A stretch of 64,000 bases of DNA from Deltaproteobacteria bacterium (lineage in GTDB: Bacteria; Desulfobacterota; Binatia; Binatales; Binataceae), in assembly GCA_021799495.1 (NCBI GenBank), contig JAJZAI010000011.1, positions 10,127-74,126 on the forward strand. The letters run 5' to 3'. Under the pieces are notes generated by a model, which saw nothing but the letters and a program-made list of their open reading frames with translations, had not been told where the DNA came from and did no database searches. Every line of letters starts with the position of its first letter. Within the stretch, counting starts at the first letter, position 1. The translations under genes were made by a program, and so were the position numbers. Below, piece by piece: positions 55,705 to 64,000 of this stretch.

Positions 55705-57014
55705 GCCGTTTTTCCGCGCCGTTTCCGGCAGACCGGATCGCGTCCGGACCGCCCGCCGGCTCCGTCATGATACCGCTCGCAAGCAAGCCGCAATCGCCGC
55801 TGAAACGCGGCTACCGCGCCTGGAATCCGCTGCTTCACGCCTATTTGAGCGCGTGCGACGCGATGCTGACGCGGCTGGCGCCGCGGCGTGATGCGGCGGC
55901 CGGCGCCGCGCTTGCCGCGGGCCGCCGCTGGCGGCGGATTCTGATCGCCAACACCGCCCATCTGGGCGACGTGATTCTGGCGTCCGCGGCGCTCCCGGCG
56001 CTGCGCGCCGCGTATCCGGACGCGGAAATCGGATTTCTATGCGCCGAGTGGAGCCGGCCGCTGCTCGACCGTCATCCGCTGGTAAGCCGGCTCCATACGC
56101 TCGACCACTGGCGGCAGAACCGCGCGGACGCGCCGCTGACGCGCAAAGTCGTCCGCTATTTACGCATGCGGCGGCGGGCGATCGCCGAAATCCGCGCGGC
56201 CGGCTACGACGCCGCGATCGATTTGTATGCCTTTTATCCCAACGCGGCCGACGTACTCGGCGTGGCCGGAATACCGATCCGGATCGGCCATACCAGCGGC
56301 GGTTTCGGTCCGCTTTATACCCATCGGATTGAATTCCGCTACCGCCGCGGCCGGCATATCGCCGGCTATCACGCGGATCTGTTGAGGGTGCTTGGCGTCG
56401 GCGAAACCGAGATCGCCGCGATGCGCCCGGTTATCGCGCCGCCGCCGCCGTCCGCCGCAATTCAGGCGCAGGCGAAGCTGGCGGCGCGCGGAATCACGGG
56501 CGAGTTCGTGCTGATGCATGTCGGATGCGGCGATCCGCGCAAGGCGTGGCCGATCGGCAAGTGGAGCGTGCTGGCGGGCTGGCTGGCGGCGTCTGGATTG
56601 CGCGTGGCGCTCGCCGGCCGGGGCGCGAGCGATCGGCGCGCGATCGCGCGGATCGCCGCGGCGGCGCCCGGATGCGTCGACTGCTGCGACCTTTTCGACC
56701 TGCCGGAGCTGGCCGCAACGATTGCGCGGGCGCGCGCGGTCATCGCGCACGATTCCGTCGCGGCGCATATCGCGGCGGCGACCGCGACGCCTGCGGTCGT
56801 TGTCGCGCCCGGATTCGACCCCGAGTTCTGGCGTCCGATGGGCGATAAAACGGCCCTGCTGGTGTCGCCCACGCCGTGCTCGCCCTGTTTCCGCGGATGC
56901 GCCGGGATGGAGTGCGTGCGGGAGCTTCCGGCGGCTCGGGTCGCCGCGGCGCTGTCGCGATTTTTGGACGGTCCGGAGCCTGATCGGCGGATAAACGATC
57001 AGCCACGCGCATGA
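55701..57014 (+). CDS. glycosyltransferase family 9 (heptosyltransferase-like)
   Basis: 437 aa with RILIANTAHLGDVILASAALPALR and a C-terminal HDSVAAHIAAA motif. ATGA overlaps on both sides. Confidence 0.8.
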   Translation: MSRFSAPFPADRIASGPPAGSVMIPLASKPQSPLKRGYRAWNPLLHAYLSACDAMLTRLAPRRDAAAGAALAAGRRWRRILIANTAHLGDVILASAALPALRAAYPDAEIGFLCAEWSRPLLDRHPLVSRLHTLDHWRQNRADAPLTRKVVRYLRMRRRAIAEIRAAGYDAAIDLYAFYPNAADVLGVAGIPIRIGHTSGGFGPLYTHRIEFRYRRGRHIAGYHADLLRVLGVGETEIAAMRPVIAPPPPSAAIQAQAKLAARGITGEFVLMHVGCGDPRKAWPIGKWSVLAGWLAASGLRVALAGRGASDRRAIARIAAAAPGCVDCCDLFDLPELAATIARARAVIAHDSVAAHIAAATATPAVVVAPGFDPEFWRPMGDKTALLVSPTPCSPCFRGCAGMECVRELPAARVAAALSRFLDGPEPDRRINDQPRA

Positions 57015-58312
57015 CGAAGGTTTTTCTCGCCGCCCTGTGTGCGCTGGCGCCGCTCGCCAATCTGCGCGCCGCAGATATCGAGCCGGTCGAATTCTACCTG
57101 CTCGCGGCGCTGCCGCTCGGCGCCATGTTCAGTTGGCGGCTCCGCCGTCCGCTCGCGGTTCCGCGCGATCTGTTCGATCTCGCGCGGCTCTACGGCGGCT
57201 TCCTGACGCTCGCGGCGATACTCGCGGCGCTTGCCTGGCGTTTTCATTTTTACGCGCCGTCCGGCGTTTCCTGGCTGAAGACGCCGCCGATCATCTCGTT
57301 CGTGCGGATCGTGCAGGTCGCGATGGCGGCGACGACGATGATCGCCGTCGCCGCGGCGGTGCGGCGCTCCGCGGCGACGGCCGATTTTTTTGCCCGCGCT
57401 TATGCGGCGGCGGGCGTCGTCAGCGTCCTCTACGGAACCGCGTCCTGGCTGGCCATCTGGTATCGCGGCGCCGCCGCCGCCCAGCCCGAGTTGAACTGGT
57501 TTGGCGCGCAAACGCGATGGGGCGTGATTCACGAGCGCGGCTTTTTCGTCGAAGGCGGCCCTTTTGGCGTCTACGTCGCGAGCGTGATCATGGTCGCGAT
57601 GTTTCGCCATCTCGTGCTCAGGCGCGGGACGAACATGGCGTTCGGCCTGGTGACGGGCGTGCTGATGCTCGGACTGCTGTTGTCCCGCTCAAAAGCCGGC
57701 CTGTGCGTTCTGGTTGCGCTGGGGCTCTGGACCCTTCTGACCGCCGGGCATCTGCGCGCGCATCGCAAGGCCATAGTCCTCGCCTGCGCCGCCCTGCTCA
57801 TCGCTCCGATAGTCTATCTGAACGGCACAATCACGGGCTTGGCGAACTACTGGAATAACTATCGGCGGCTGGAGTTGGTCGTTCTCGCGCATCCTTTCAA
57901 CGGTTCGACCGTGGAGGGCCGGCTCGCCGCGTTATACGTCGCGCCGGCGATGATCGCGCGCCATCCGCTGGCCGGCGTCGGTCTCGGCAATTATTCCGAA
58001 TTGCGCAACAGCCCCCTGTACACCGGCGATTTGCCTCCCGCGCCCGGATGGGACGCGCCGGGCCTGGGCTTCTTCGGCTATGCCGCCGAACTGGGACTGC
58101 CGCTGCTCGGGTTCCTGATGTTCGTGGTCTGGACGCCGGTGCGGATCGCGCATCGGCGCGGCGAACGCGGCGAGCTCGCGCTCGCGCTCTGCGCGTTCCA
58201 GTTTTTTGCGGAGCTCTTCGGCACGCCGATCACCTTCTATTATCCCTATCTCGTCGCGGCGCTCGCGCTCGGCCACGTGCTGCGCGAGCGCGGCGGCGGC
58301 GAGGCGCTTTAG
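57011..58312 (+). CDS. O-antigen ligase/polymerase family (Wzy_C) membrane protein
   Basis: 433 aa, polytopic. Has the LLLSRSKAGL motif and a large loop with GVGLGNY. Confidence 0.75.
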   Translation: MTKVFLAALCALAPLANLRAADIEPVEFYLLAALPLGAMFSWRLRRPLAVPRDLFDLARLYGGFLTLAAILAALAWRFHFYAPSGVSWLKTPPIISFVRIVQVAMAATTMIAVAAAVRRSAATADFFARAYAAAGVVSVLYGTASWLAIWYRGAAAAQPELNWFGAQTRWGVIHERGFFVEGGPFGVYVASVIMVAMFRHLVLRRGTNMAFGLVTGVLMLGLLLSRSKAGLCVLVALGLWTLLTAGHLRAHRKAIVLACAALLIAPIVYLNGTITGLANYWNNYRRLELVVLAHPFNGSTVEGRLAALYVAPAMIARHPLAGVGLGNYSELRNSPLYTGDLPPAPGWDAPGLGFFGYAAELGLPLLGFLMFVVWTPVRIAHRRGERGELALALCAFQFFAELFGTPITFYYPYLVAALALGHVLRERGGGEAL

Positions 58313-58314
58313 CG

Positions 58315-59013
58315 ATGGCCGCACTCGGCATGAGGGCGCGCGCCCTGCTCAAGCGCTCGGCGCTGGCCGCCGGCGCTATCGCACCGGAGCCGATCGTGGG
58401 CGCGGCGCAGAAGCTAGCCGGATGGCTCGAAATCGGAAGCTGGTTGCGCAGCGAATGCGTCGGCAGGCCGCGCCGGATGGCGGCTCGCGAAGCGCTCTTC
58501 GACCTGATTGGCGCGGAGGTCGGCCAGGCGCGCACGCTCTATCTCGAATTTGGCGTCTATCGCGGCGACTCGATTCGCTACTGGAGCCGGCTGTTGAAAA
58601 ATCCCGAGGCGCGGCTGCACGGCTTCGATTCCTTCGAGGGATTGCCCGAGCGCTGGAGTACGGATCATGCGCGCGGCCATTTCTCGACCGGCGGCGCGCT
58701 TCCCGAGATCGGCGATCCGCGCGCGGAGTTTTTCAAAGGATGGTTCGAGCGGACGCTGCCGGATTACGCCGCGCCTGCGCACGACGCCCTGGTGGTGAAC
58801 CTCGACGCCGACCTGTACGCTTCGACCCGTTTCGTGCTCGAACGGATCGCGCCCCTGATTCGCGTTGGCGCGTGGCTCTACTTCGACGAGTTTTCCGATC
58901 CGCGCCACGAATTCCGCGCCTTTCGCGAATTCGTCGCCGCGACCGGAATGAAATTCGCCATCGTGGCTGAAAGCCGGAATTTCTGGAACGTGGTTTTTCG
59001 CCGCGTCGCCTGA
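58315..59013 (+). CDS. class I SAM-dependent methyltransferase (TylF/MycF-like)
   Basis: 232 aa from the ATG at 58315 with LEFGVYRGDS and LDADLYASTRFVLERIAPLIRVGAWLYFDEF. Confidence 0.7.
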   Translation: MAALGMRARALLKRSALAAGAIAPEPIVGAAQKLAGWLEIGSWLRSECVGRPRRMAAREALFDLIGAEVGQARTLYLEFGVYRGDSIRYWSRLLKNPEARLHGFDSFEGLPERWSTDHARGHFSTGGALPEIGDPRAEFFKGWFERTLPDYAAPAHDALVVNLDADLYASTRFVLERIAPLIRVGAWLYFDEFSDPRHEFRAFREFVAATGMKFAIVAESRNFWNVVFRRVA

Positions 59014-59058
59014 GCGCAGCGGCGCTTCGACTCGCGCGCGGCTGCGTTCCGCCTGCCA

Positions 59059-60120
59059 ATGAAAATACTGATCGTCAAGCTCGGCGCGATCGGCGACGTA
59101 ATCATGGCGATGCCGCTGGTCGGCGCGATTCGGCGGCGCGACCCGCGCGCGGAAATCGTCTGGATGTGCGGCGAGGCGGCCGCGCCGCTGATCGCGGAGC
59201 TCGACCGCGTCGAACCGTTGGTGGTGAGCGAGGCCGCGCTGCTCGGCGGTTCGCCCGCGCGGAAAATCCGCGCCGTGGCCGCAGCGTGGCGGCGGCTTTT
59301 GGGCCGGCGCTTCGATTTGATCATCACCGGCTATTCCGACCGGCGCTATCGTCTGCTCAGCCTCGCTGCGCGGGCGCGCGAACGCCGCGGCTTCGATCGC
59401 GGCGGCGGGCGCTGGTGGCCGACCCCCGGCCGCTATCATGGCGACGAATACGTCAGACTGTTCCTGAATCGCGACGGTCCCGAGGCCGGCCTGGCCGAAT
59501 TGCCCCAGATCGACGTCGCGCCGCCGCCCGAGCTGCGATCGACGCTCGCCGGCCTCGGCCTCGGCCGCGGCGTGATTGCGCTCGCGCCCGGCGGCGCGCG
59601 CAACGCGCTCGGCGATTCGCCGCTCCGGCGCTGGCCGCTGGCTTCGTACGCGCGGCTCGCCGCCGAGCTGGCGCGGCGGGGATGGCGGATTGCGCTGACC
59701 GGCGCGGCGGCGGACGGCTGGACGCGCGCCGCCTTTGAAAAAATTCCCGTCGCCGATCTGATCGGCAAGACCACGCTGGTCGATTTGATCGCGGTCTATC
59801 GGGCGTGCGGCGCGGTCGTCACGCATGATTCCGGCCCGATGCATCTGGCGATACTCGCCGGCGCCCCGACGGTCGCATTGTTCGGCCCCACGCTGCCGTC
59901 GGAGAAAGTTCCGCGCAGCGATAAAATCCGGGTGCTGCACGGCGGCGCCGGATTGCCCTGCCGGCCCTGTTATGACGGCCGGACTTACGCGCCGTGCCGC
60001 GATAACCGATGCCTCGGCGAAATCGCGCCGGCCGCGGTGGCCGACGCGGTCGAGGAGCTGATCGGTCCGGCGGAGGTCCGCGCGCCCGGCCGCGTGTCGC
60101 AACTCGTTCCGGGCTTCTGA
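59059..60120 (+). CDS. glycosyltransferase family 9 (heptosyltransferase-like)
   Basis: 353 aa with MKILIVKLGAIGDVIMAMPLV and THDSGPMHLA motifs. Confidence 0.85.
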   Translation: MKILIVKLGAIGDVIMAMPLVGAIRRRDPRAEIVWMCGEAAAPLIAELDRVEPLVVSEAALLGGSPARKIRAVAAAWRRLLGRRFDLIITGYSDRRYRLLSLAARARERRGFDRGGGRWWPTPGRYHGDEYVRLFLNRDGPEAGLAELPQIDVAPPPELRSTLAGLGLGRGVIALAPGGARNALGDSPLRRWPLASYARLAAELARRGWRIALTGAAADGWTRAAFEKIPVADLIGKTTLVDLIAVYRACGAVVTHDSGPMHLAILAGAPTVALFGPTLPSEKVPRSDKIRVLHGGAGLPCRPCYDGRTYAPCRDNRCLGEIAPAAVADAVEELIGPAEVRAPGRVSQLVPGF

Positions 60121-60186
60121 AGTCCGGCGGCGAACCAGGTCCGTCCCGGCAAGCGGCGCGGCTCCGGCGCCGATTCTGGAATCATC

Positions 60187-61302
60187 ATGCGTTTGTTGCA
60201 GGTCAACAAGGCCTATTTCCCCCATCTGGGCGGCATCGAAAGCATCGTCGGCCAGGTCGCGGAGGGACTCAATGGGCGCAACGGGATGGAGGTTGAAGTG
60301 CTGGCTTGCGCCAACGGCGCCCGCGCCCGCACGGAATTGATCAACGGCGTGCGGGTGGAGCGCGCGGCGACGGTCGCGCGGATGCTCGGCATGCCGGTTT
60401 CAATCGATTTCTTTCCGCGCTTTCGCCGGATGGCGGCGCGGGCCGACGCCGTCCTGCTGCACCATCCGTTTCCCCTCGGCTTCGCCGCCGCGCGGATTTT
60501 CGCGCGCGACCGCCCGTGCCTAGTCTGGTATCACTCCGATATCGTCCGCCAGCGGGTCAGCGGCGCGCTGCTCGCGCCGCTCTGGACGGGGATGCTGGGC
60601 GCGGCGCGGCGGATTTTTGTTTCGAGCCAACGGCTGCTGGCGAGTTCGGCGCTGCTGCGGCGTTACCAGGCGAAAGCGGTGGTGGCGCCGTTTGGCGTCG
60701 ATTTGCGCCGTTATGCGCCGTCGCCCGAACGCCTTGCCGCCGCGGCGGAAATCCGCGCGCGCTATCGAACGCCGTTGCTGCTCGCGGTGGGCCGGCTGAT
60801 TTACTACAAGGGCTACGAGTATTTGATCGCCGCGATGCGCCGCGTCAGCGCGGTTCTGCTGATTGTCGGCGCGGGGCCGCTGGAGCGCGAACTGCTCGCG
60901 CTCGCGGAGCGGATCGGCGTCGCCGATCGCGTGCGGATTCTCCCGCCGGCCGCCGATCTGATTCCCTATTATTTGGCCTGCGACGTTTTTGTGCTGCCGT
61001 CGATCGCCGCCTCCGAAGCGTTCGGATTGGTGCAGATGGAGGCGATGGCGTGCGGCAAACCGGTGGTGAACACGGCGCTGCCGACCGCCGTGCCGGAAGT
61101 GAGCCTTGACGGCGAGACCGGACTGACCGTGCCGGCGCGGGACAGCGCGGCGCTGGCCGAGGCGCTCGCGCGCCTGCTCGGCGACGCCGGCCTGCGGCGG
61201 CGCTTCGGCGCGAACGCCCGCGCGAGAATCAGCGGCCATTACGGAATCGAGCGGTTTTTGAACGACGTTGAACGGGAGATCCGCGCGGCGCGCGCGCGCT
61301 GA
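60187..61302 (+). CDS. glycosyltransferase family 4
   Basis: 371 aa with the E-x7-E region PSIAASEAFGLVQMEAMACGKPVV. Confidence 0.88.
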   Translation: MRLLQVNKAYFPHLGGIESIVGQVAEGLNGRNGMEVEVLACANGARARTELINGVRVERAATVARMLGMPVSIDFFPRFRRMAARADAVLLHHPFPLGFAAARIFARDRPCLVWYHSDIVRQRVSGALLAPLWTGMLGAARRIFVSSQRLLASSALLRRYQAKAVVAPFGVDLRRYAPSPERLAAAAEIRARYRTPLLLAVGRLIYYKGYEYLIAAMRRVSAVLLIVGAGPLERELLALAERIGVADRVRILPPAADLIPYYLACDVFVLPSIAASEAFGLVQMEAMACGKPVVNTALPTAVPEVSLDGETGLTVPARDSAALAEALARLLGDAGLRRRFGANARARISGHYGIERFLNDVEREIRAARAR

Positions 61303-61344
61303 CGCCGGGCGTCCGAAGCGGCGCGCGCCGGAGACGATTGCATC

Positions 61345-62712
61345 ATGCTTTCGCCCAAAGGATTGGCGCGGCGCTGGACGATACTGATCGCCGGCGACGC
61401 GGGCTGTTCGGTTTTTTCCTCGCTGCTGGCGATGCGCGCGACGCTGAATCCGTCCTTCGCGCTCGCGTCGTCGGTGGGTTTCGGCGAGCTTGCGGCGATG
61501 ATGGCGGCGGTCCATCTCGGCGCGATTTACCTTCAGGATTTATATCGTTTCGACGAACCGCGCGCCGATTCATGGACGACCGCGGCGCTGCTGATCGTCG
61601 CGGCGAAGCTCGCCGTGATCGTTGGCGTCGTCGAAGTCGCCGCGCCGGCGCTGGCGGTGGGCCGGACGTTTCTGATCGTGTACGTCACGATTGCGTCGAT
61701 CTGCGTGATCGGATGGCGGACCGCCGCGAACCGGATGTTGCTGGAGCGGCTGAACGTTCGCGTGATGGCGCTGGGTTTCGACGAGGCGGCGCCGCTGATG
61801 ATCCAGGAGATCGAACGGCGGCGCCATCTGGGGTACCAGTTTCTCGGCTTCGCCGCGCTCGATGGCGGCGCGACGCCTTCCGGCGCGGCGTTCGGCGGCG
61901 CGAATTCGCTCTGCGAACTGACGCGGCGTTGCCGCGTCGATACGCTGGTGGTGCTCGACAGTTTCGCTGGGCCGGACGAGACGCAAGAGTTGATGCGCTG
62001 CCGGATGCGCGGCACGCGGCTGCTGGATTTCGAAACGTTCTACGAACGGCTCGCGGGCAAATTGCCCGCCCCCTGCATGCGCGGCGCATGGCTGCTGCTC
62101 GCGCCGGGATTCACGGCGACCCAATGGCGGCGCGCGCTCAAGCGCGCTGTGGATATCTGCGCGGCGGCGGCGATCGGAATCGTCGCGGCGCCGATCGCCG
62201 CGCTCACGGCCGTGGCGGTCCGGCTCGATTCAACGGGGCCGGCGCTTTATGCGCAGGAGCGGGTCGGCCTCGATGGCGCGGTTTTTTCCGTTTACAAGTT
62301 CCGTTCGATGCGCGTCGATGCGGAAGCGGACGGCTCGGCGGTCTGGGCGGCGGCGAAGGATCCGCGCGTTACGCGCGTCGGCCGGATTATCCGGCGGCTG
62401 CGGATCGACGAGTTGCCGCAACTCTACAACGTGATCAGGGGCGAGATGAGTTTGGTCGGTCCGCGTCCCGAGCGGCCCGCGATCGTCGCCGATCTCGACC
62501 AGCGGATTCCGTATTATCACGTCCGGCACGTGGTCCGGCCTGGTCTCACCGGATGGGCGCAAATCTGTTTCCCGTATGGAGCCACGGCCGAGGACGCGGC
62601 TGAAAAGCTGTGCTACGACCTTTACTATATCAAAAACTGGTCGCTGGCTTTTGAAATACAAATTATGCTCCAGACGTTCAAAGTGATGCTCTTTGGCCGT
62701 GGGGCGCGCTAA
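61345..62712 (+). CDS. polyprenyl glycosylphosphotransferase (initiating sugar transferase, WbaP/EpsL-type)
   Basis: 455 aa with N-terminal TM helices and a C-terminal Bac_transf domain (DELPQLYNVIRGEMSLVGPRPERP, RPGLTGWAQI). Confidence 0.9.
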   Translation: MLSPKGLARRWTILIAGDAGCSVFSSLLAMRATLNPSFALASSVGFGELAAMMAAVHLGAIYLQDLYRFDEPRADSWTTAALLIVAAKLAVIVGVVEVAAPALAVGRTFLIVYVTIASICVIGWRTAANRMLLERLNVRVMALGFDEAAPLMIQEIERRRHLGYQFLGFAALDGGATPSGAAFGGANSLCELTRRCRVDTLVVLDSFAGPDETQELMRCRMRGTRLLDFETFYERLAGKLPAPCMRGAWLLLAPGFTATQWRRALKRAVDICAAAAIGIVAAPIAALTAVAVRLDSTGPALYAQERVGLDGAVFSVYKFRSMRVDAEADGSAVWAAAKDPRVTRVGRIIRRLRIDELPQLYNVIRGEMSLVGPRPERPAIVADLDQRIPYYHVRHVVRPGLTGWAQICFPYGATAEDAAEKLCYDLYYIKNWSLAFEIQIMLQTFKVMLFGRGAR

Positions 62713-62742
62713 AACTGACGAATTGACGAAAATCTTGTTCAT

Positions 62743-62781
62743 ACGGGCGGTTCGCCGATGGCGGCCGCCCGTTTCTTTTTG
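62743..62781 (+). terminator. intrinsic terminator of the polysaccharide operon
   Basis: ACGGGCGG(TT)CGCC-GAT-GGCG(G)CCGCCCGT hairpin followed by TTTCTTTTTG, 31 nt after the sugar-transferase stop. Confidence 0.8.
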
Positions 62782-62938
62782 CGGCGCCAAGTATCCGAAT
62801 CCGCGGCCGGTGTGAAGAATACGGCGCCGCCGGGCGTCGAATCGTCATAAGAAGGTGGTCCGGGACCGGCTTGGACGGGGATCATTGAAATGTAATAATC
62901 GCCCGTTGCGTCCGGAACCTGGGACGTCCGCCGGTAAC

Positions 62939-63478
62939 ATGAGGCTGCGGGTCGACGATATCACCGCCGAAGCGCGGGAACTGACGTTTCCCGAACCGGA
63001 AAACGAAATCAACCGGATGCTCGGCGTGGGCGCGGTGCGTGATTATCGTCTGGATGGCCCCGTACAGGTCAATTTGACCTATTACAGGGCGGGAACCGAG
63101 CTGTTCCTTCAGGGCGAAATTTCGGCCGCGGCGCATGGCTCGTGCGCGCGCTGCGCCGAGGAGTTCGACGCGTCCCGGATGCGGTCGTTTCGCTACGTGC
63201 TGGCGCCCCGGTCGATCGGCGACGACGCCGCGGCGGCGATGCGCACGGAGGATTTGGAATTTACGCTGTATGACGGCGACGAGGTCGATCTTTCGCCGTT
63301 GATTCGCGAGCAGGCTCTGTTGGCCTATTCGACGCGGCCTTTGTGCCGCGAGGAGTGCAGGGGCTTGTGCTCTCGATGCGGCGTGAACCTGAATGAAGGA
63401 AGCTGCGCCTGCCCGACGGAAACCCGCGATCCGCGGCTGGCGGTGTTGCGGAACCTGAAAGTCCGCCGGCCCGATTAG
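62939..63478 (+). CDS. yceD: YceD/DUF177 family protein
   Basis: 179 aa from the ATG at 62939. C-terminal CxxC...CxxC (CREECRGLCSRCGVNLNEGSCAC). Conserved position upstream of rpmF. Confidence 0.85.
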   Translation: MRLRVDDITAEARELTFPEPENEINRMLGVGAVRDYRLDGPVQVNLTYYRAGTELFLQGEISAAAHGSCARCAEEFDASRMRSFRYVLAPRSIGDDAAAAMRTEDLEFTLYDGDEVDLSPLIREQALLAYSTRPLCREECRGLCSRCGVNLNEGSCACPTETRDPRLAVLRNLKVRRPD

Positions 63479-63538
63479 GACGGCGTGAAACCCTTTTTCG
63501 ATTTTCAACGTATTGCTGATGCAAGAGAGAAATAGACC

Positions 63539-63718
63539 ATGCAAGCACCCAAGCGGCGTACCTCCCGCTCCAAGCGCAACAAACGGCGGGCGCATGACGC
63601 GCTGACGCCGGTAAATCCCGTTTCCTGCTCCAATTGCGGCGAACCGGCGCTGCCGCATCGCGTATGCCGCCACTGCGGCACCTATCGCGGACGCGAGATG
63701 GCGGCGGCGCGGGAATAA
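63539..63718 (+). CDS. rpmF: 50S ribosomal protein L32
   Basis: Hand-translated 59-aa ORF, below the 60-aa track cutoff: [59 protein letters not shown]. Has the typical KRRxSxSxR N-terminus and a CxxC..CxxC site. Confidence 0.93.
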   Translation: MQAPKRRTSRSKRNKRRAHDALTPVNPVSCSNCGEPALPHRVCRHCGTYRGREMAAARE

Positions 63719-63733
63719 TCACAGGGTCTGGCG

Positions 63734-64000
63734 ATGAAAATCGCGCTCGACGCGATGGGGGGCGATCTTGCCCCGCGCGCGGTAATCGAAGGCGCCATCC
63801 TTGCGGCGCGCGACCTCGGCGTCGAGATCGTGCTGGTCGGCAATCGCGACGTTATCGCGCGCGAGCTTGCCGAGCATCGTACGCGCGGTCTGACGCTCGA
63901 AATCGAACACGCGGCCGAAGTGGTCGCGATGGACGATTCTCCGCTCGATTCCGTCCTGACCAAGCCCGAATCGTCGATTCACGTCGGGCTTGAGATGGTC
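63734..64000 (+). CDS. plsX: phosphate acyltransferase PlsX (5' partial, runs off the window)
   Basis: MKIALDAMGGDLAPRAVIEGA... matches the canonical PlsX N-terminus. The yceD-rpmF-plsX order is conserved. Confidence 0.9.
   Translation, partial: MKIALDAMGGDLAPRAVIEGAILAARDLGVEIVLVGNRDVIARELAEHRTRGLTLEIEHAAEVVAMDDSPLDSVLTKPESSIHVGLEMV

Noticed and set aside
1-64000. CRISPR arrays, rRNA genes, prophage or IS elements
   Set aside because: No regularly spaced direct repeats, no rRNA-like conserved stretches and no phage or transposase-like ORFs were found on either strand. The only RNA gene recognised is tRNA-Glu.

Overview
This is a high-G+C chromosomal segment from a diderm bacterium; sampled 60-nt lines run about two thirds to three quarters G+C. 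The lineage cannot be named from the sequence alone. All calls rest on by-eye reading of the ORF track and the DNA, and family names come from remembered motifs, not searches.

Layout:
- 13-8875: a complete, translationally coupled trpEGDCFBA operon followed by accD-folC.
- 8876-9300: a start-less OstA/LptA-like remnant and AT-rich palindromes.
- 9309-10388: an APH-type phosphotransferase.
- 10490-18759 (minus): a seven-gene operon, BlaI-like repressor > sensor-less M56 (BlaR1-type) peptidase > NodT/TolC lipoprotein > MFP > CzcA/CusA-type RND pump > DUF2127-like membrane protein > TetR. A sigma70-like promoter with an embedded palindromic operator lies in front of it.
- 18849-21019: an overlapping pair of acyl-CoA dehydrogenase genes.
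- 21305-21382: tRNA-Glu(UUC).
- 21546-27781: a DHODH-fold protein with a degenerate active-site loop, a JAMM/MPN+ protein, a REP-like inverted repeat, a CBS protein, a Uup-like ABC-F ATPase and an AmgK/MurU-like pair.
- 27929-32474: an LLM/SDR/CoA-transferase/F420-LLM block.
- 32475-33520: a low-G+C islet carrying a Panacea (DUF4065/SocA)-domain antitoxin plus an unassigned 91-aa partner.
- 33525-36413: an HtrA-like protease, ppa and a MetE-like gene.
- 36500-41533: an operon fusing an MMPL/RND-type exporter to a lasso-peptide-type PqqD (B1) and transglutaminase-fold (B2) pair, with no lasso cyclase or recognisable precursor in the window. It is divergent from a DUF1329 gene.
- 41711-45822: an HMG-CoA lyase, enoyl-CoA hydratase, ACAD and extradiol dioxygenase block.
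- 46070-62712: an RfaH-like NusG paralog, then an exact match to the ops consensus (GGCGGTAGnnTG), then a 14-gene, roughly 16-kb Wzx/Wzy-type polysaccharide operon closed by a strong intrinsic terminator.
- 62939-64000: yceD-rpmF-plsX. L32 is 59 aa and so is absent from the ORF track.

No CRISPR array, transposase or integrase was seen.

Most interesting candidates:
1. The orphan B1/B2 plus RND exporter module.
2. The Panacea toxin-antitoxin islet.
3. The RfaH-like/ops-controlled polysaccharide locus.
4. The BlaI/M56-headed heavy-metal-type RND operon.
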